Positions 1-14,100 of a stretch of 64,000 nucleotides of DNA are shown piece by piece. The stretch is from contig OZ059895.1 of the NCBI GenBank assembly GCA_964057225.1, positions 20,894,001-20,958,000 on the forward strand. Direction: 5' to 3'. Below the pieces are notes generated by a model that saw nothing but the letters and a program-made list of their open reading frames with translations, was not told where the DNA came from and did not search any database. Origin of the DNA: Auanema rhodensis. Taxonomy: Eukaryota > Animalia > Nematoda. Each line of letters begins with the position of its first letter. Position 1 is the stretch's first letter. Position numbers and translations under genes: made by a program.

Positions 1-3000
1 GGTATGTAACTCGCTTCACGTGAAAGATAAAGAGATGCGGTTTTCAAAATTAGATTCCCCATGTCCATATTAGTCTAAAAACAAATTTTTATTAATATTG
101 GTGCATGGTAACCATGACTTTGAAATTTACGTGAACTTTAATTTATGCTAATTAAGTGTACACATGATGTGCACTTGGTATGTAACTCGCTTCACGTGAA
201 AGATAAAGAGATGCGGTTTTCAAAATTAGATTCCCCATGTCCATATTAGTCTAAAAACAAATTTTTATTAATATTGGTGCATGGTAACCATGACTTTGAC
301 ATTTACGTGAACTTTAATTTATGCTAATTAAGTGTACACATGATGTGCACTTGGTATGTAACTCGCTTCACGTGAAAGATAAAGAGATGCGGTTTTCAAA
401 ATAGATTCCCCATTTCCATATTAGTCTAAAAACAAATTTTTATTGATATTGGTGCATGGCAACCATGACTTTAAAATTTACGTGAACTTTAATTTATGCT
501 AATTAAGTGTACACATGATGTGCACTTGGTATGTAACTCGCTTCACGTCAAAGATAAAGAGATGAGGTTTTCAAAATTAGATTCCCCATGTCCATATTAG
601 TCTAAAAACAAATTTTTATTAATATTGGTGCATGGTAACCATGACTTTGAAATTTACGTGAACTTTAATTTATGCTAATTAAGTGTACACATGATGTGCG
701 CTTGGTATGTAACTCGCTTCACGTGAAAGATAAAGAGATGCGGTTTTCATAATTAGATTCCTCATTTCCATATTAGTCTAAAAACAAATTTTTATTAATA
801 TTGGTGCATGGTAACCATGACTTTGAAATTTACGTGAACTTTAATTTATGCTAATTAAGTGTACACATGATGTGCACTTGGTATGTAACTCGCTTCACGT
901 GAAAGATGAAGAGATGCGGTTTTCAGAATTAGATTCCCCATGTCCATATTAGTCTAAAAACAAATTTTTATTAATATTGGTGCATGGTAACCATGACTTT
1001 GAAATTTACGTGAACTTTAATTTATGCTAATTAAGTGTACACATGATGTGCACTTGGTATGTAACTCGCTTCACGTGAAAGATAAAGAGATGCGGTTTTC
1101 CAAATTAGATTTCGCATGTCCATATTAGTCTAAAAACAAATTTTTATTGATATTGGTGCATGGTAACCATGACTTTGAAATTTAAAATTTACGTGAACTT
1201 TAATTTATGCTAATTAAGTGTACACATGATGTGCACTTGGTATGTAACTCGCTTCACGTGAAAGATAAAGAGATGCGGTTTTCAAAATAGATTTCCCATT
1301 TCCATATTAGTCTAAAAACAAATTTTTATTGATATTGGTGCATGGCAACCATGACTTTAAAATTTACGTGAACTTTAATTTATGCTAATTAAGTGTACAC
1401 ATGATGTGCACTTGGTATGTAACTCGCTTCACGTCAAAGATAAAGAGATGAGGTTTTCAAAATTAGATTCCCCATGTCCATATTAGTCTAAAAACAAATT
1501 TTTATTAATATTGGTGCATGGTAACCATGACTTTGAAATTTACGTGAACTTTAATTTATGCTAATTAAGTGTACACATGATGTGCGCTTGGTATGTAACT
1601 CGCTTCACGTGAAAGATAAAGAGATGCGGTTTTCAAAATTAGATTCCCCATGTCCATATTAGTCTAAAAACAAATTTTTATTAATATTGGTGCATGGTAA
1701 CCATGACTTTGACATTTACGTGAACTTTAATTTATGCTAATTAAGTGTACACATGATGTGCACTTGGTATGTAACTCGCTTCACGTGAAAGATAAAGAGA
1801 TGCGGTTTTCAAAATAGATTTCCCATTTCCATATTAGTCTAAAAACAAATTTTTATTGATATTGGTGCATGGCAACCATGACTTTAAAATTTACGTGAAC
1901 TTTAATTTATGCTAATTAAGTGTACACATGATGTGCACTTGGTATGTAACTCGCTTCACGTCAAAGATAAAGAGATGAGGTTTTCAAAATTAGATTCCCC
2001 ATGTCCATATTAGTCTAAAAACAAATTTTTATTAATATTGGTGCATGGTAACCATGACTTTGAAATTTACGTGAACTTTAATTTATGCTAATTAAGTGTA
2101 CACATGATGTGCGCTTGGTATGTAACTCGCTTCACGTGAAAGATAAAGAGATGCGGTTTTCATAATTAGATTCCTCATTTCCATATTAGTCTAAAAACAA
2201 ATTTTTATTAATATTGGTGCATGGTAACCATGACTTTGAAATTTACGTGAACTTTAATTTATGCTAATTAAGTGTACACATGATGTGCACTTGGTATGTA
2301 ACTCGCTTCACGTGAAAGATGAAGAGATGCGGTTTTCAGAATTAGATTCCCCATGTCCATATTAGTCTAAAAACAAATTTTTATTAATATTGGTGCATGG
2401 TAACCATGACTTTGAAATTTACGTGAACTTTAATTTATGCTAATTAAGTGTACACATGATGTGCACTTGGTATGTAACTCGTTTCACGTCAAAGATAAAG
2501 AGATGCGGTTTTCAAAATTGGATTCCCCATGTCCATATTAGTCTAAAAACAAATTTTTATTAATATTGGTGCATGGTAACCATGACTTTGAAATTTACGT
2601 GAACTTTAATTTATGCTAATTAAGTGTACACATGATGTGCACTTGGTATGTAACTCGCTACACGTGAAAGATGAAGAGATGCGGTTTTCAAAATTAGATT
2701 CCCCATGTCCATATTAGTCTAAAAACAAATTTTTATTAATATTGGTGCATGGTAACCATGACTTTGAAATTTACGTGAACTTTAATTTATGCTAATTAAG
2801 TGTACACATGATGTGCGCTTGGTATGTAACTCGCTTCACGTGAAAGATAAAGAGATGCGGTTTTCAAAATTAGATTCCCCATGTCCATATTAGTCTAAAA
2901 ACAAATTTTTATTAATATTGGTGCATGGTAACCATGACTTTGACATTTACGTGAACTTTAATTTATGCTAATTAAGTGTACACATGATGTGCACTTGGTA

Positions 3001-3690
3001 TGTAACTCGCTTCACGTGAAAGATAAAGAGATGCGGTTTTCAAAATAGATTTCCCATTTCCATATTAGTCTAAAAACAAATTTTTATTGATATTGGTGCA
3101 TGGCAACCATGACTTTAAAATTTACGTGAACTTTAATTTATGCTAATTAAGTGTACACATGATGTGCACTTGGTATGTAACTCGCTTCACGTCAAAGATA
3201 AAGAGATGAGGTTTTCAAAATTAGATTCCCCATGTCCATATTAGTCTAAAAACAAATTTTTATTAATATTGGTGCATGGTAACCATGACTTTGAAATTTA
3301 CGTGAACTTTAATTTATGCTAATTAAGTGTACACATGATGTGCGCTTGGTATGTAACTCGCTTCACGTGAAAGATAAAGAGATGCGGTTTTCATAATTAG
3401 ATTCCTCATTTCCATATTAGTCTAAAAACAAATTCTTATTAATATTGGTGCATGGTAACCATGACTTTGAAATTTACGTGAACTTTAATTTATGCTAATT
3501 AAGTGTACACATGATGTGCACTTGGTATGTAACTCGCTTCACGTGAAAGATGAAGAGATGCGGTTTTCAGAATTAGATTCCCCATGTCCATATTAGTCTA
3601 AAAACAAATTTTTATTAATATTGGTGCATGGTAACCATGACTTTGAAATTTACGTGAACTTTAATTTATGCTAATTAAGTGTACACATGA
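1..3690. repeat. Local higher-order repeat domain 1, marked by 175-bp monomers (CAAAATAG) followed by GATGAGG monomers
   Basis: The 1-bp deletion allele occurs at about 401, 1287, 1814 and 3045 (spacings of 5, 3 and 7 monomers), each followed by a GATGAGG monomer. CATAATTAG (about 748, 2161, 3393) and CAGAATTAG (about 924, 2337, 3568) were seen only here. There is a single 7-bp tandem duplication AAATTTA-AAATTTA at 1178-1191. Confidence 0.85.
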
Positions 3691-6600
3691 TGTGCACTCG
3701 GTATGTAACTCGCTTCACGTGAAAGATGAAGAGATGCGGTTTTCAAAATTAGATTCCTCATGTCCATATTAGTCTAAAAACGAATTTTTATTGATATTGG
3801 TGCATGGTAACCATGACTTTGAAATTTACGTGAACTTTAATTTATGCTTATTAAGTGTACACGTGATGTGCACTTGGTATGTAACTCGCTTCACGTGAAA
3901 TATAAAGGGATGCGGTTTTCAAAATTAGATTCCCCATGTCCATATTAGTCTAAAAACAAATTTTTATTGATATTGGTGCATGGTAACCATGACTTTGAAA
4001 TTTACGTGAACTTTAATTTATGCTAATTAAGTGTACACATGATGTGCACTTGGTATGTAACTCGCTTCACGTGAAAGATGAAGAGATGCGGTTTTCAAAA
4101 TTAGATTCCCCATATCCATATTAGTCTAAAAACAAATTTTCATTGATATTGGTGCATGGTAACCATGACTTTGAAATTTACGTGAACTTTAATTTATGCT
4201 AATTAAGTGTACACATGATGTGCACTTGGTATGTAACTCGCTTCACGTCAAAGATAAAGAGATGCGGTTTTCAAAATTAGATTCCCCATGTCCATATTAG
4301 TCTAAAAACAAATTTTTATTGATATTAGTGCATGGTAACCATGACTTTGAAATTAACGTGAACTTTAATTTATGCTAATTAAGTGTACACATGATGTGCA
4401 CTTGGTATGTAACTCGCTTCACGTCAAAGATAAAGAGATGCGGTTTTCAAAATTAGATTCCCCATGTCCATATTAGTCTAAAAACGAATTTTTATTGATA
4501 TTGGTGCATGGTAACCATGACTTTGAAATTTACGTGAACTTTAATTTATGCTTATTAAGTGTACACGTGATGTGCACTTGGTATGTAACTCGCTTCACGT
4601 GAAATATAAAGGGATGCGGTTTTCAAAATTAGATTCCCCATGTCCATATTAGTCTAAAAACAAATTTTTATTGATATTGGTGCATGGTAACCATGACTTT
4701 GAAATTTACGTGAACTTTAATTTATGCTAATTAAGTGTACACATGATGTGCACTTGGTATGTAACTCGCTTCACGTGAAAGATGAAGAGATGCGGTTTTC
4801 AAAATTAGATTCCCCATATCCATATTAGTCTAAAAACAAATTTTCATTGATATTGGTGCATGGTAACCATGACTTTGAAATTTACGTGAACTTTAATTTA
4901 TGCTAATTAAGTGTACACATGATGTGCACTTGGTATGTAACTCGCTTCACGTCAAAGATAAAGAGATGCGGTTTTCAAAATTAGATTCCCCATGTCCATA
5001 TTAGTCTAAAAACAAATTTTTATTGATATTAGTGCATGGTAACCATGACTTTGAAATTAACGTGAACTTTAATTTATGCTAATTAAGTGTACACATGATG
5101 TGCACTTGGTATGTAACTCGCTTCACGTCAAAGATAAAGAGATGCGGTTTTCAAAATTAGATTCCCCATGTCCATATTAGTCTAAAAACAAATTTTTATT
5201 AATATTGGTGCATGGTAACCATGACTTTGAAATTTACGTGAACTTTAATTTATGCTAATTAAGTGTACACGTGATGTGCACTTGGTATGTAACTCGCTTC
5301 ACGTGAAAGATAAAGAGATGCGGTTTTCAAAATTAGATTCCCCATGTCCATATTAGTCTAAACACAAATTTTTATTGATATTGGTGCATGGTAACCATGA
5401 CTTTGAAATTTACGTGAACTTTAATTTATGCTTATTAAGTGTACACGTGATGTGCACTTGGTATGTAACTCGCTTCACGTGAAATATAAAGGGATGCGGT
5501 TTTCAAAATTAGATTCCCCATGTCCATATTAGTCTAAAAACAAATTTTTATTGATATTGGTGCATGGTAACCATGACTTTGAAATTTACGTGAACTTTAA
5601 TTTATGCTAATTAAGTGTACACATGATGTGCACTTGGTATGTAACTCGCTTCACGTGAAAGATGAAGAGATGCGGTTTTCAAAATTAGATTCCCCATATC
5701 CATATTAGTCTAAAAACAAATTTTCATTGATATTGGTGCATGGTAACCATGACTTTGAAATTTACGTGAACTTTAATTTATGCTAATTAAGTGTACACAT
5801 GATGTGCACTTGGTATGTAACTCGCTTCACGTGAAAGATAAAGAGATGCGGTTTTCAAAATTAGATTCCCCATGTCCATATTAGTCTAAAAACAAATTTT
5901 TATTGATATTAGTGCATGGTAACCATGACTTTGAAATTAACGTGAACTTTAATTTATGCTAATTAAGTGTACACATGATGTGCACTCGGTATGTAACTCG
6001 CTTCACGTGAAAGATGAAGAGATGCGGTTTTCAAAATTAGATTCCTCATGTCCATATTAGTCTAAAAACGAATTTTTATTGATATTGGTGCATGGTAACC
6101 ATGACTTTGAAATTTACGTGAACTTTAATTTATGCTTATTAAGTGTACACGTGATGTGCACTTGGTATGTAACTCGCTTCACGTGAAATATAAAGGGATG
6201 CGGTTTTCAAAATTAGATTCCCCATGTCCATATTAGTCTAAAAACAAATTTTTATTGATATTGGTGCATGGTAACCATGACTTTGAAATTTACGTGAACT
6301 TTAATTTATGCTAATTAAGTGTACACATGATGTGCACTTGGTATGTAACTCGCTTCACGTGAAAGATGAAGAGATGCGGTTTTCAAAATTAGATTCCCCA
6401 TATCCATATTAGTCTAAAAACAAATTTTCATTGATATTGGTGCATGGTAACCATGACTTTGAAATTTACGTGAACTTTAATTTATGCTAATTAAGTGTAC
6501 ACATGATGTGCACTTGGTATGTAACTCGCTTCACGTCAAAGATAAAGAGATGCGGTTTTCAAAATTAGATTCCCCATGTCCATATTAGTCTAAAAACAAA

Positions 6601-7000
6601 TTTTTATTGATATTAGTGCATGGTAACCATGACTTTGAAATTAACGTGAACTTTAATTTATGCTAATTAAGTGTACACATGATGTGCACTTGGTATGTAA
6701 CTCGCTTCACGTCAAAGATAAAGAGATGCGGTTTTCAAAATTAGATTCCCCATGTCCATATTAGTCTAAAAACAAATTTTTATTAATATTGGTGCATGGT
6801 AACCATGACTTTGAAATTTACGTGAACTTTAATTTATGCTAATTAAGTGTACACGTGATGTGCACTTGGTATGTAACTCGCTTCACGTGAAAGATAAAGA
6901 GATGCGGTTTTCAAAATTAGATTCCCCATGTCCATATTAGTCTAAACACAAATTTTTATTGATATTGGTGCATGGTAACCATGACTTTGAAATTTACGTG
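3690..7000. repeat. Local higher-order repeat domain 2, 4/5-monomer unit, about 4 copies
   Basis: The GAAATATAAAGGG allele lies at about 3901, 4605, 5485 and 6189 (spacings 704, 880, 704). Each is followed in order by a CCCATATCC+TTTCATTG monomer and a TATTAGTGC+AATTAACGTG monomer. Confidence 0.9.
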
Positions 7001-8149
7001 AACTTTAATTTATGCTAATTAAGTGTACACGTGATGTGCACTTGGTATGTAACTCGCTTCACGTGAAAGATAAAGAGATGCGGTTTTCAAAATTAGATTC
7101 CCCATTTCCATATTAGTCAAAAAACAAATTTTTATTGATATTGGTGCATGGCAACCATGACTTTAAAATTTACGTGAACTTTAATTTATGCTAATTAAGT
7201 GTACACATGATGTGCACTTGGTATGTAACTCGCTTCACGTCAAAGATAAAGAGATGCGGTTTTCAAAATTAGATTCCCCATGTCCATATTAGTCTAAAAA
7301 CAAATTTTTATTAATATTGGTGCATGGTAACCATGACTTTGAAATTTACGTGAACTTTAATTTATGCTAATTAAGTGTACACATGATGTGCGCTTGGTAT
7401 GTAACTCGCTTCACGTGAAAGATAAAGAGATGCGGTTTTCAAAATTAGATTCCCCATTTCCATATTAGTCTAAAAACAAATTTTTATTGATATTGGTGCA
7501 TGGCAACCATGACTTTAAAATTTACGTGAACTTTAATTTATGCTAATTAAGTGTACACATGATGTGCACTTGGTATGTAACTCGTTTCACGTCAAAGATA
7601 AAGAGATGCGGTTTTCAAAATTGGATTCCCCATGTCCATATTAGTCTAAAAACAAATTTTTATTAATATTGGTGCATGGTAACCATGACTTTGAAATTTA
7701 CGTGAACTTTAATTTATGCTAATTAAGTGTACACGTGATGTGCACTTGGTATGTAACTCGCTTCACGTGAAAGATAAAGAGATGCGGTTTTCAAAATTAG
7801 ATTCCCCATGTCCATATTAGTCTAAAAACAAATTTTTATTGATATTGGTGCATGGTAACCATGACTTTGAAATTTACGTGAACTTTAATTTATGCTAATT
7901 AAGTGTACACATGATGTGCACTTGGTATGTAACTCGCTTCACGTCAAAGATAAAGAGATGCGGTTTTCAAAATTAGATTCCCCATGTCCATATTAGTCTA
8001 AAAACAAATTTTTATTAATATTGGTGCATGGTAACCATGACTTTGAAATTTACGTGAACTTTAATTTATGCTAATTAAGTGTACACATGATGTGCACTTG
8101 GTATGTAACTCGCTTCACGTCAAAGATAAAGAGATGCGGTTTTCAAAAT

Positions 8150-11100
8150 TAGATTCCCCATGACCATATTAGTCTAAAAACCAATTTTTATTAATATTGG
8201 TGCATGGTAACCATGACTTTGAAATTTACGTGAACTTTAATTTATGAAGTGTACACGTGATTTTATTAAGTGTACACGTGATGTGCACTTGGTATGTAAC
8301 TCGCTTCACATGAAAGATAAAGAGATGCGGTTTTCAAAATTAGATTCCCCATGTCCATATTAGTCTAAAAACAAATTTTTATTGATATTGGTGCATGGTA
8401 ACCATGAATTTGAAATTTACGTGAACTTTAATTTATGCTAATTAAGTGTACACATGATGTGCACTTGGTATGTAACTCGCTTCACGTCAAAGATAAAGAG
8501 ATGCGGTTTTCAAAATTAGATTCCCCATGTCCATATTAGTCTAAAAACAAATTTTTATTAATATTGGTGCATGGTAACCATGACTTTGAAATTTACGTGA
8601 ATTTTAATTTATGCTAATTAAGTGTACACATGATGTGCACTTGGTATGTAACTCGCTTCACGTCAAAGATAAAGAGATGCGGTTTTCAAAATTAGATTCC
8701 CCATGACCATATTAGTCTAAAAACCAATTTTTATTAATATTGGTGCATGGTAACCATGACTTTGAAATTTACGTGAACTTTAATTTATGAAGTGTACACG
8801 TGATTTTATTAAGTGTACACGTGATGTGCACTTGGTATGTAACTCGCTTCACGTGAAAGATAAAGGGATGCGGTTTTCAAAATTAGATTCCCCATGTCCA
8901 TATTAGTCTAAAAACCAATTTTTATTAATATTGGTGCATGGTAACCATGACTTTGAAATTTACGTGAACTTTAATTTATGCTAATTAAGTGTACACATGA
9001 TGTGCACTTGGTATGTAACTCGCTTCACGTGAAAGATGAAGAGATGCGGTTTTCAAAATTAGGTTCCTCATGTCCATATTAGTCTAAAAACTAATTTCAT
9101 TGATATTGGTGCATGGTAACCATGACTTTGAAATTTACGTGAACTTTAATTTATGCTTATTAAGTGTACACGTGATGTGCACTTGGTATGTAACTCGCTT
9201 CACGTGAAAGATAAAGGGATGCGGTTTTCAAAATTAGATTCCCCATGTCCATATTAGTCTAAAAACCAATTTTTATTAATATTGGTGCATGGTAACCATG
9301 ACTTTGAAATTTACGTGAACTTTAATTTATGCTAATTAAGTGTACACATGATGTGCACTTGGTATGTAACTCGCTTCACGTGAAAGATAAAGAGATGCGG
9401 TTTTCAAAATTAGATTCCCCATGTCCATATTAGTCTAAAAACAAATTTTTATTGATATTGGTGCATGGTAACCATGAATTTGAAATTAACGTGAACTTTA
9501 ATTTATGCTAATTAAGTGTACACATGATGTGCACTTGGTATGTAACTCGCTTCACGTCAAAGATAAAGAGATGCGGTTTTCAAAATTAGATTTCCCATGT
9601 CCATATTAGTCTAAAAACAGATTTTTATTGATATTGGTGCATGGTAACCATGACTTTGAAATTTACGTGAACTTCAATTTATGCTAATTAAGTGTACACG
9701 TGATGTGCACTTGGTATGTAACTCGCTTCACGTGAAAGATAAAGAGATGCGGTTTTCAAAATTAGATTCCCCATGTCCATATTAGTCTAAAAACAAATTT
9801 TTATTGATATTGGTGCATGGTAACCATGACTTTGAAATTTACGTGAACTTTAATTTATGCTAATTAAGTGTACACATGATGTGCACTTGGTATGTAACTC
9901 GCTTCACGTGAAAGATAAAGAGATGCGGTTTTCAAAATTAGATTCCCCATGACCATATTAGTCTAAAAACCAATTTTTATTAATATTGGTGCATGGTAAC
10001 CATGACTTTGAAATTTACGTGAACTTTAATTTATGAAGTGTACACGTGATTTTATTAAGTGTACACGTGATGTGCACTTGGTATGTAACTCGCTTCACAT
10101 GAAAGATAAAGAGATGCGGTTTTCAAAATTAGATTCCCCATGTCCATATTAGTCTAAAAACAAATTTTTATTGATATTGGTGCATGGTAACCATGAATTT
10201 GAAATTTACGTGAACTTTAATTTATGCTAATTAAGTGTACACATGATGTGCACTTGGTATGTAACTCGCTTCACGTCAAAGATAAAGAGATGCGGTTTTC
10301 AAAATTAGATTCCCCATGTCCATATTAGTCTAAAAACAAATTTTTATTAATATTGGTGCATGGTAACCATGACTTTGAAATTTACGTGAATTTTAATTTA
10401 TGCTAATTAAGTGTACACATGATGTGCACTTGGTATGTAACTCGCTTCACGTCAAAGATAAAGAGATGCGGTTTTCAAAATTAGATTCCCCATGACCATA
10501 TTAGTCTAAAAACCAATTTTTATTAATATTGGTGCATGGTAACCATGACTTTGAAATTTACGTGAACTTTAATTTATGAAGTGTACACGTGATTTTATTA
10601 AGTGTACACGTGATGTGCACTTGGTATGTAACTCGCTTCACGTGAAAGATAAAGGGATGCGGTTTTCAAAATTAGATTCCCCATGTCCATATTAGTCTAA
10701 AAACCAATTTTTATTAATATTGGTGCATGGTAACCATGACTTTGAAATTTACGTGAACTTTAATTTATGCTAATTAAGTGTACACATGATGTGCACTTGG
10801 TATGTAACTCGCTTCACGTCAAAGATAAAGAGATGCGGTTTTCAAAATTAGATTTCCCATGTCCATATTAGTCTAAAAACAGATTTTTATTGATATTGGT
10901 GCATGGTAACCATGACTTTGAAATTTACGTGAACTTCAATTTATGCTAATTAAGTGTACACGTGATGTGCACTTGGTATGTAACTCGCTTCACGTGAAAG
11001 ATAAAGAGATGCGGTTTTCAAAATTAGATTCCCCATGTCCATATTAGTCTAAAAACAAATTTTTATTGATATTGGTGCATGGTAACCATGACTTTGAAAT

Positions 11101-14100
11101 TTACGTGAACTTTAATTTATGCTAATTAAGTGTACACATGATGTGCACTTGGTATGTAACTCGCTTCACGTCAAAGATAAAGAGATGCGGTTTTCAAAAT
11201 TAGATTCCCCATGTCCATATTAGTCTAAAAACAAATTTTTATTAATATTGGTGCATGGTAACCATGACTTTGAAATTTACGTGAACTTTAATTTATGCTA
11301 ATTAAGTGTACACATGATGTGCACTTGGTATGTAACTCGCTTCACGTCAAAGATAAAGAGATGCGGTTTTCAAAATTAGATTCCCCATGACCATATTAGT
11401 CTAAAAACCAATTTTTATTAATATTGGTGCATGGTAACCATGACTTTGAAATTTACGTGAACTTTAATTTATGAAGTGTACACGTGATTTTATTAAGTGT
11501 ACACGTGATGTGCACTTGGTATGTAACTCGCTTCACGTGAAAGATAAAGAGATGCGGTTTTCAAAATTAGATTCCCCATTTCCATATTAGTCTAAAAACA
11601 AATTTTTATTGATATTGGTGCATGGCAACCATGACTTTAAAATTTACGTGAACTTTAATTTATGCTAATTAAGTGTACACATGATGTGCACTTGGTATGT
11701 AACTCGTTTCACGTCAAAGATAAAGAGATGCGGTTTTCAAAATTGGATTCCCCATGTCCATATTAGTCTAAAAACAAATTTTTATTAATATTGGTGCATG
11801 GTAACCATGACTTTGAAATTTACGTGAATTTTAATTTATGCTAATTAAGTGTACACATGATGTGCACTTGGTATGTAACTCGCTTCACGTCAAAGATAAA
11901 GAGATGCGGTTTTCAAAATTAGATTCCCCATGACCATATTAGTCTAAAAACCAATTTTTATTAGTATTGGTGCATGGTAACCATGACTTTGAAATTTACG
12001 TGAACTTTAATTTATGAAGTGTACACGTGATTTTATTAAGTGTACACGTGATGTGCACTTGGTATGTAACTCGCTTCACGTGAAAGATAAAGGGATGCGG
12101 TTTTCAAAATTAGATTCCCCATGTCCATATTAGTCTAAAAACCAATTTTTATTAATATTGGTGCATGGTAACCATGACTTTGAAATTTACGTGAACTTTA
12201 ATTTATGCTAATTAAGTGTACACATGATGTGCACTTGGTATGTAACTCGCTTCACGTGAAAGATGAAGAGATGCGGTTTTCAAAATTAGGTTCCTCATGT
12301 CCATATTAGTCTAAAAACGAATTTTTATTGATATTGGTGCATGGTAACCATGACTTTGAAATTTACGTGAACTTTAATTTATGCTTATTAAGTGTACACG
12401 TGATGTGCACTTGGTATGTAACTCGCTTCACGTGAAAGATAAAGGGATGCGGTTTTCAAAATTAGATTCCCCATGTCCATATTAGTCTAAAAACCAATTT
12501 TTATTAATATTGGTGCATGGTAACCATGACTTTGAAATTTACGTGAACTTTAATTTATGCTAATTAAGTGTACACATGATGTGCACTTGGTATGTAACTC
12601 GCTTCACGTGAAAGATAAAGAGGTGCGGTTTTCAAAATTAGATTCCCCATGTCCATATTAGTCTAAAAACAAATTTTTATTGATATTGGTGCATGGTAAC
12701 CATGAATTTGAAATTTACGTGAACTTTAATTTATGCTAATTAAGTGTACACATGATGTGCACTTGGTATGTAACTCGCTTCACGTCAAAGATAAAGAGAT
12801 GCGGTTTTCAAAATTAGATTTCCCATGTCCATATTAGTCTAAAAACAGATTTTTATTGATATTGGTGCATGGTAACCATGACTTTGAAATTTACGTGAAC
12901 TTCAATTTATGCTAATTAAGTGTACACGTGATGTGCACTTGGTATGTAACTCGCTTCACGTGAAAGATAAAGAGATGCGGTTTTCAAAATTAGATTCCCC
13001 ATGTCCATATTAGTCTAAAAACAAATTTTTATTGATATTGGTGCATGGTAACCATGACTTTGAAATTTACGTGAACTTTAATTTATGCTAATTAAGTGTA
13101 CACATGATGTGCACTTGGTATGTAACTCGCTTCACGTCAAAGATAAAGAGATGCGGTTTTCAAAATTAGATTCCCCATGTCCATATTAGTCTAAAAACAA
13201 ATTTTTATTAATATTGGTGCATGGTAACCATGACTTTGAAATTTACGTGAACTTTAATTTATGCTAATTAAGTGTACACATGATGTGCACTTGGTATGTA
13301 ACTCGCTTCACGTCAAAGATAAAGAGATGCGGTTTTCAAAATTAGATTCCCCATGACCATATTAGTCTAAAAACCAATTTTTATTAATATTGGTGCATGG
13401 TAACCATGACTTTGAAATTTACGTGAACTTTAATTTATGAAGTGTACACGTGATTTTATTAAGTGTACACGTGATGTGCACTTGGTATGTAACTCGCTTC
13501 ACGTGAAAGATAAAGAGATGCGGTTTTCAAAATTAGATTCCCCATGTCCATATTAGTCTAAAAACAAATTTTTATTGATATTGGTGCATGGTAACCATGA
13601 ATTTGAAATTTACGTGAACTTTAATTTATGCTAATTAAGTGTACACATGATGTGCACTTGGTATGTAACTCGCTTCACGTCAAAGATAAAGAGATGCGGT
13701 TTTCAAAATTAGATTCCCCATGTCCATATTAGTCTAAAAACAAATTTTTATTAATATTGGTGCATGGTAACCATGACTTTGAAATTTACGTGAATTTTAA
13801 TTTATGCTAATTAAGTGTACACATGATGTGCACTTGGTATGTAACTCGCTTCACGTCAAAGATAAAGAGATGCGGTTTTCAAAATTAGATTCCCCATGAC
13901 CATATTAGTCTAAAAACCAATTTTTATTAATATTGGTGCATGGTAACCATGACTTTGAAATTTACGTGAACTTTAATTTATGAAGTGTACACGTGATGTG
14001 CACTTGGTATGTAACTCGCTTCACGTGAAAGATAAAGAGATGCGGTTTTCAAAATTAGATTCCCCATGTCCATATTAGTCTAAAAACAAATTTTTATTGA

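Noticed and set aside
9-25. CENP-B box-like motif
   Set aside because: CTCGCTTCACGTGAA matches only 5 of the 9 core positions of TTCGnnnnAnnCGGG.
1-176. Assignment to a known 170-180 bp family (primate alpha satellite, Arabidopsis CEN178, Brassica CentBr, honeybee AluI, maize knob)
   Set aside because: Only the length is similar. I see no sequence resemblance to those I recall, and the consensus lacks the AAGCTT/AGCT sites typical of several. A database search is needed.
1-176. Tandem 5S rRNA, tRNA, snRNA or spliced-leader gene array
   Set aside because: There are no recognisable conserved RNA-gene motifs or cloverleaf, and no gene-versus-spacer contrast in variation.
9085-9102. Unique allele AAAACTAATTTCATTG with a 1-bp deletion
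   Set aside because: It is a single occurrence beside a homopolymer tract, so it may be a private mutation or a consensus error; there is no further pattern.
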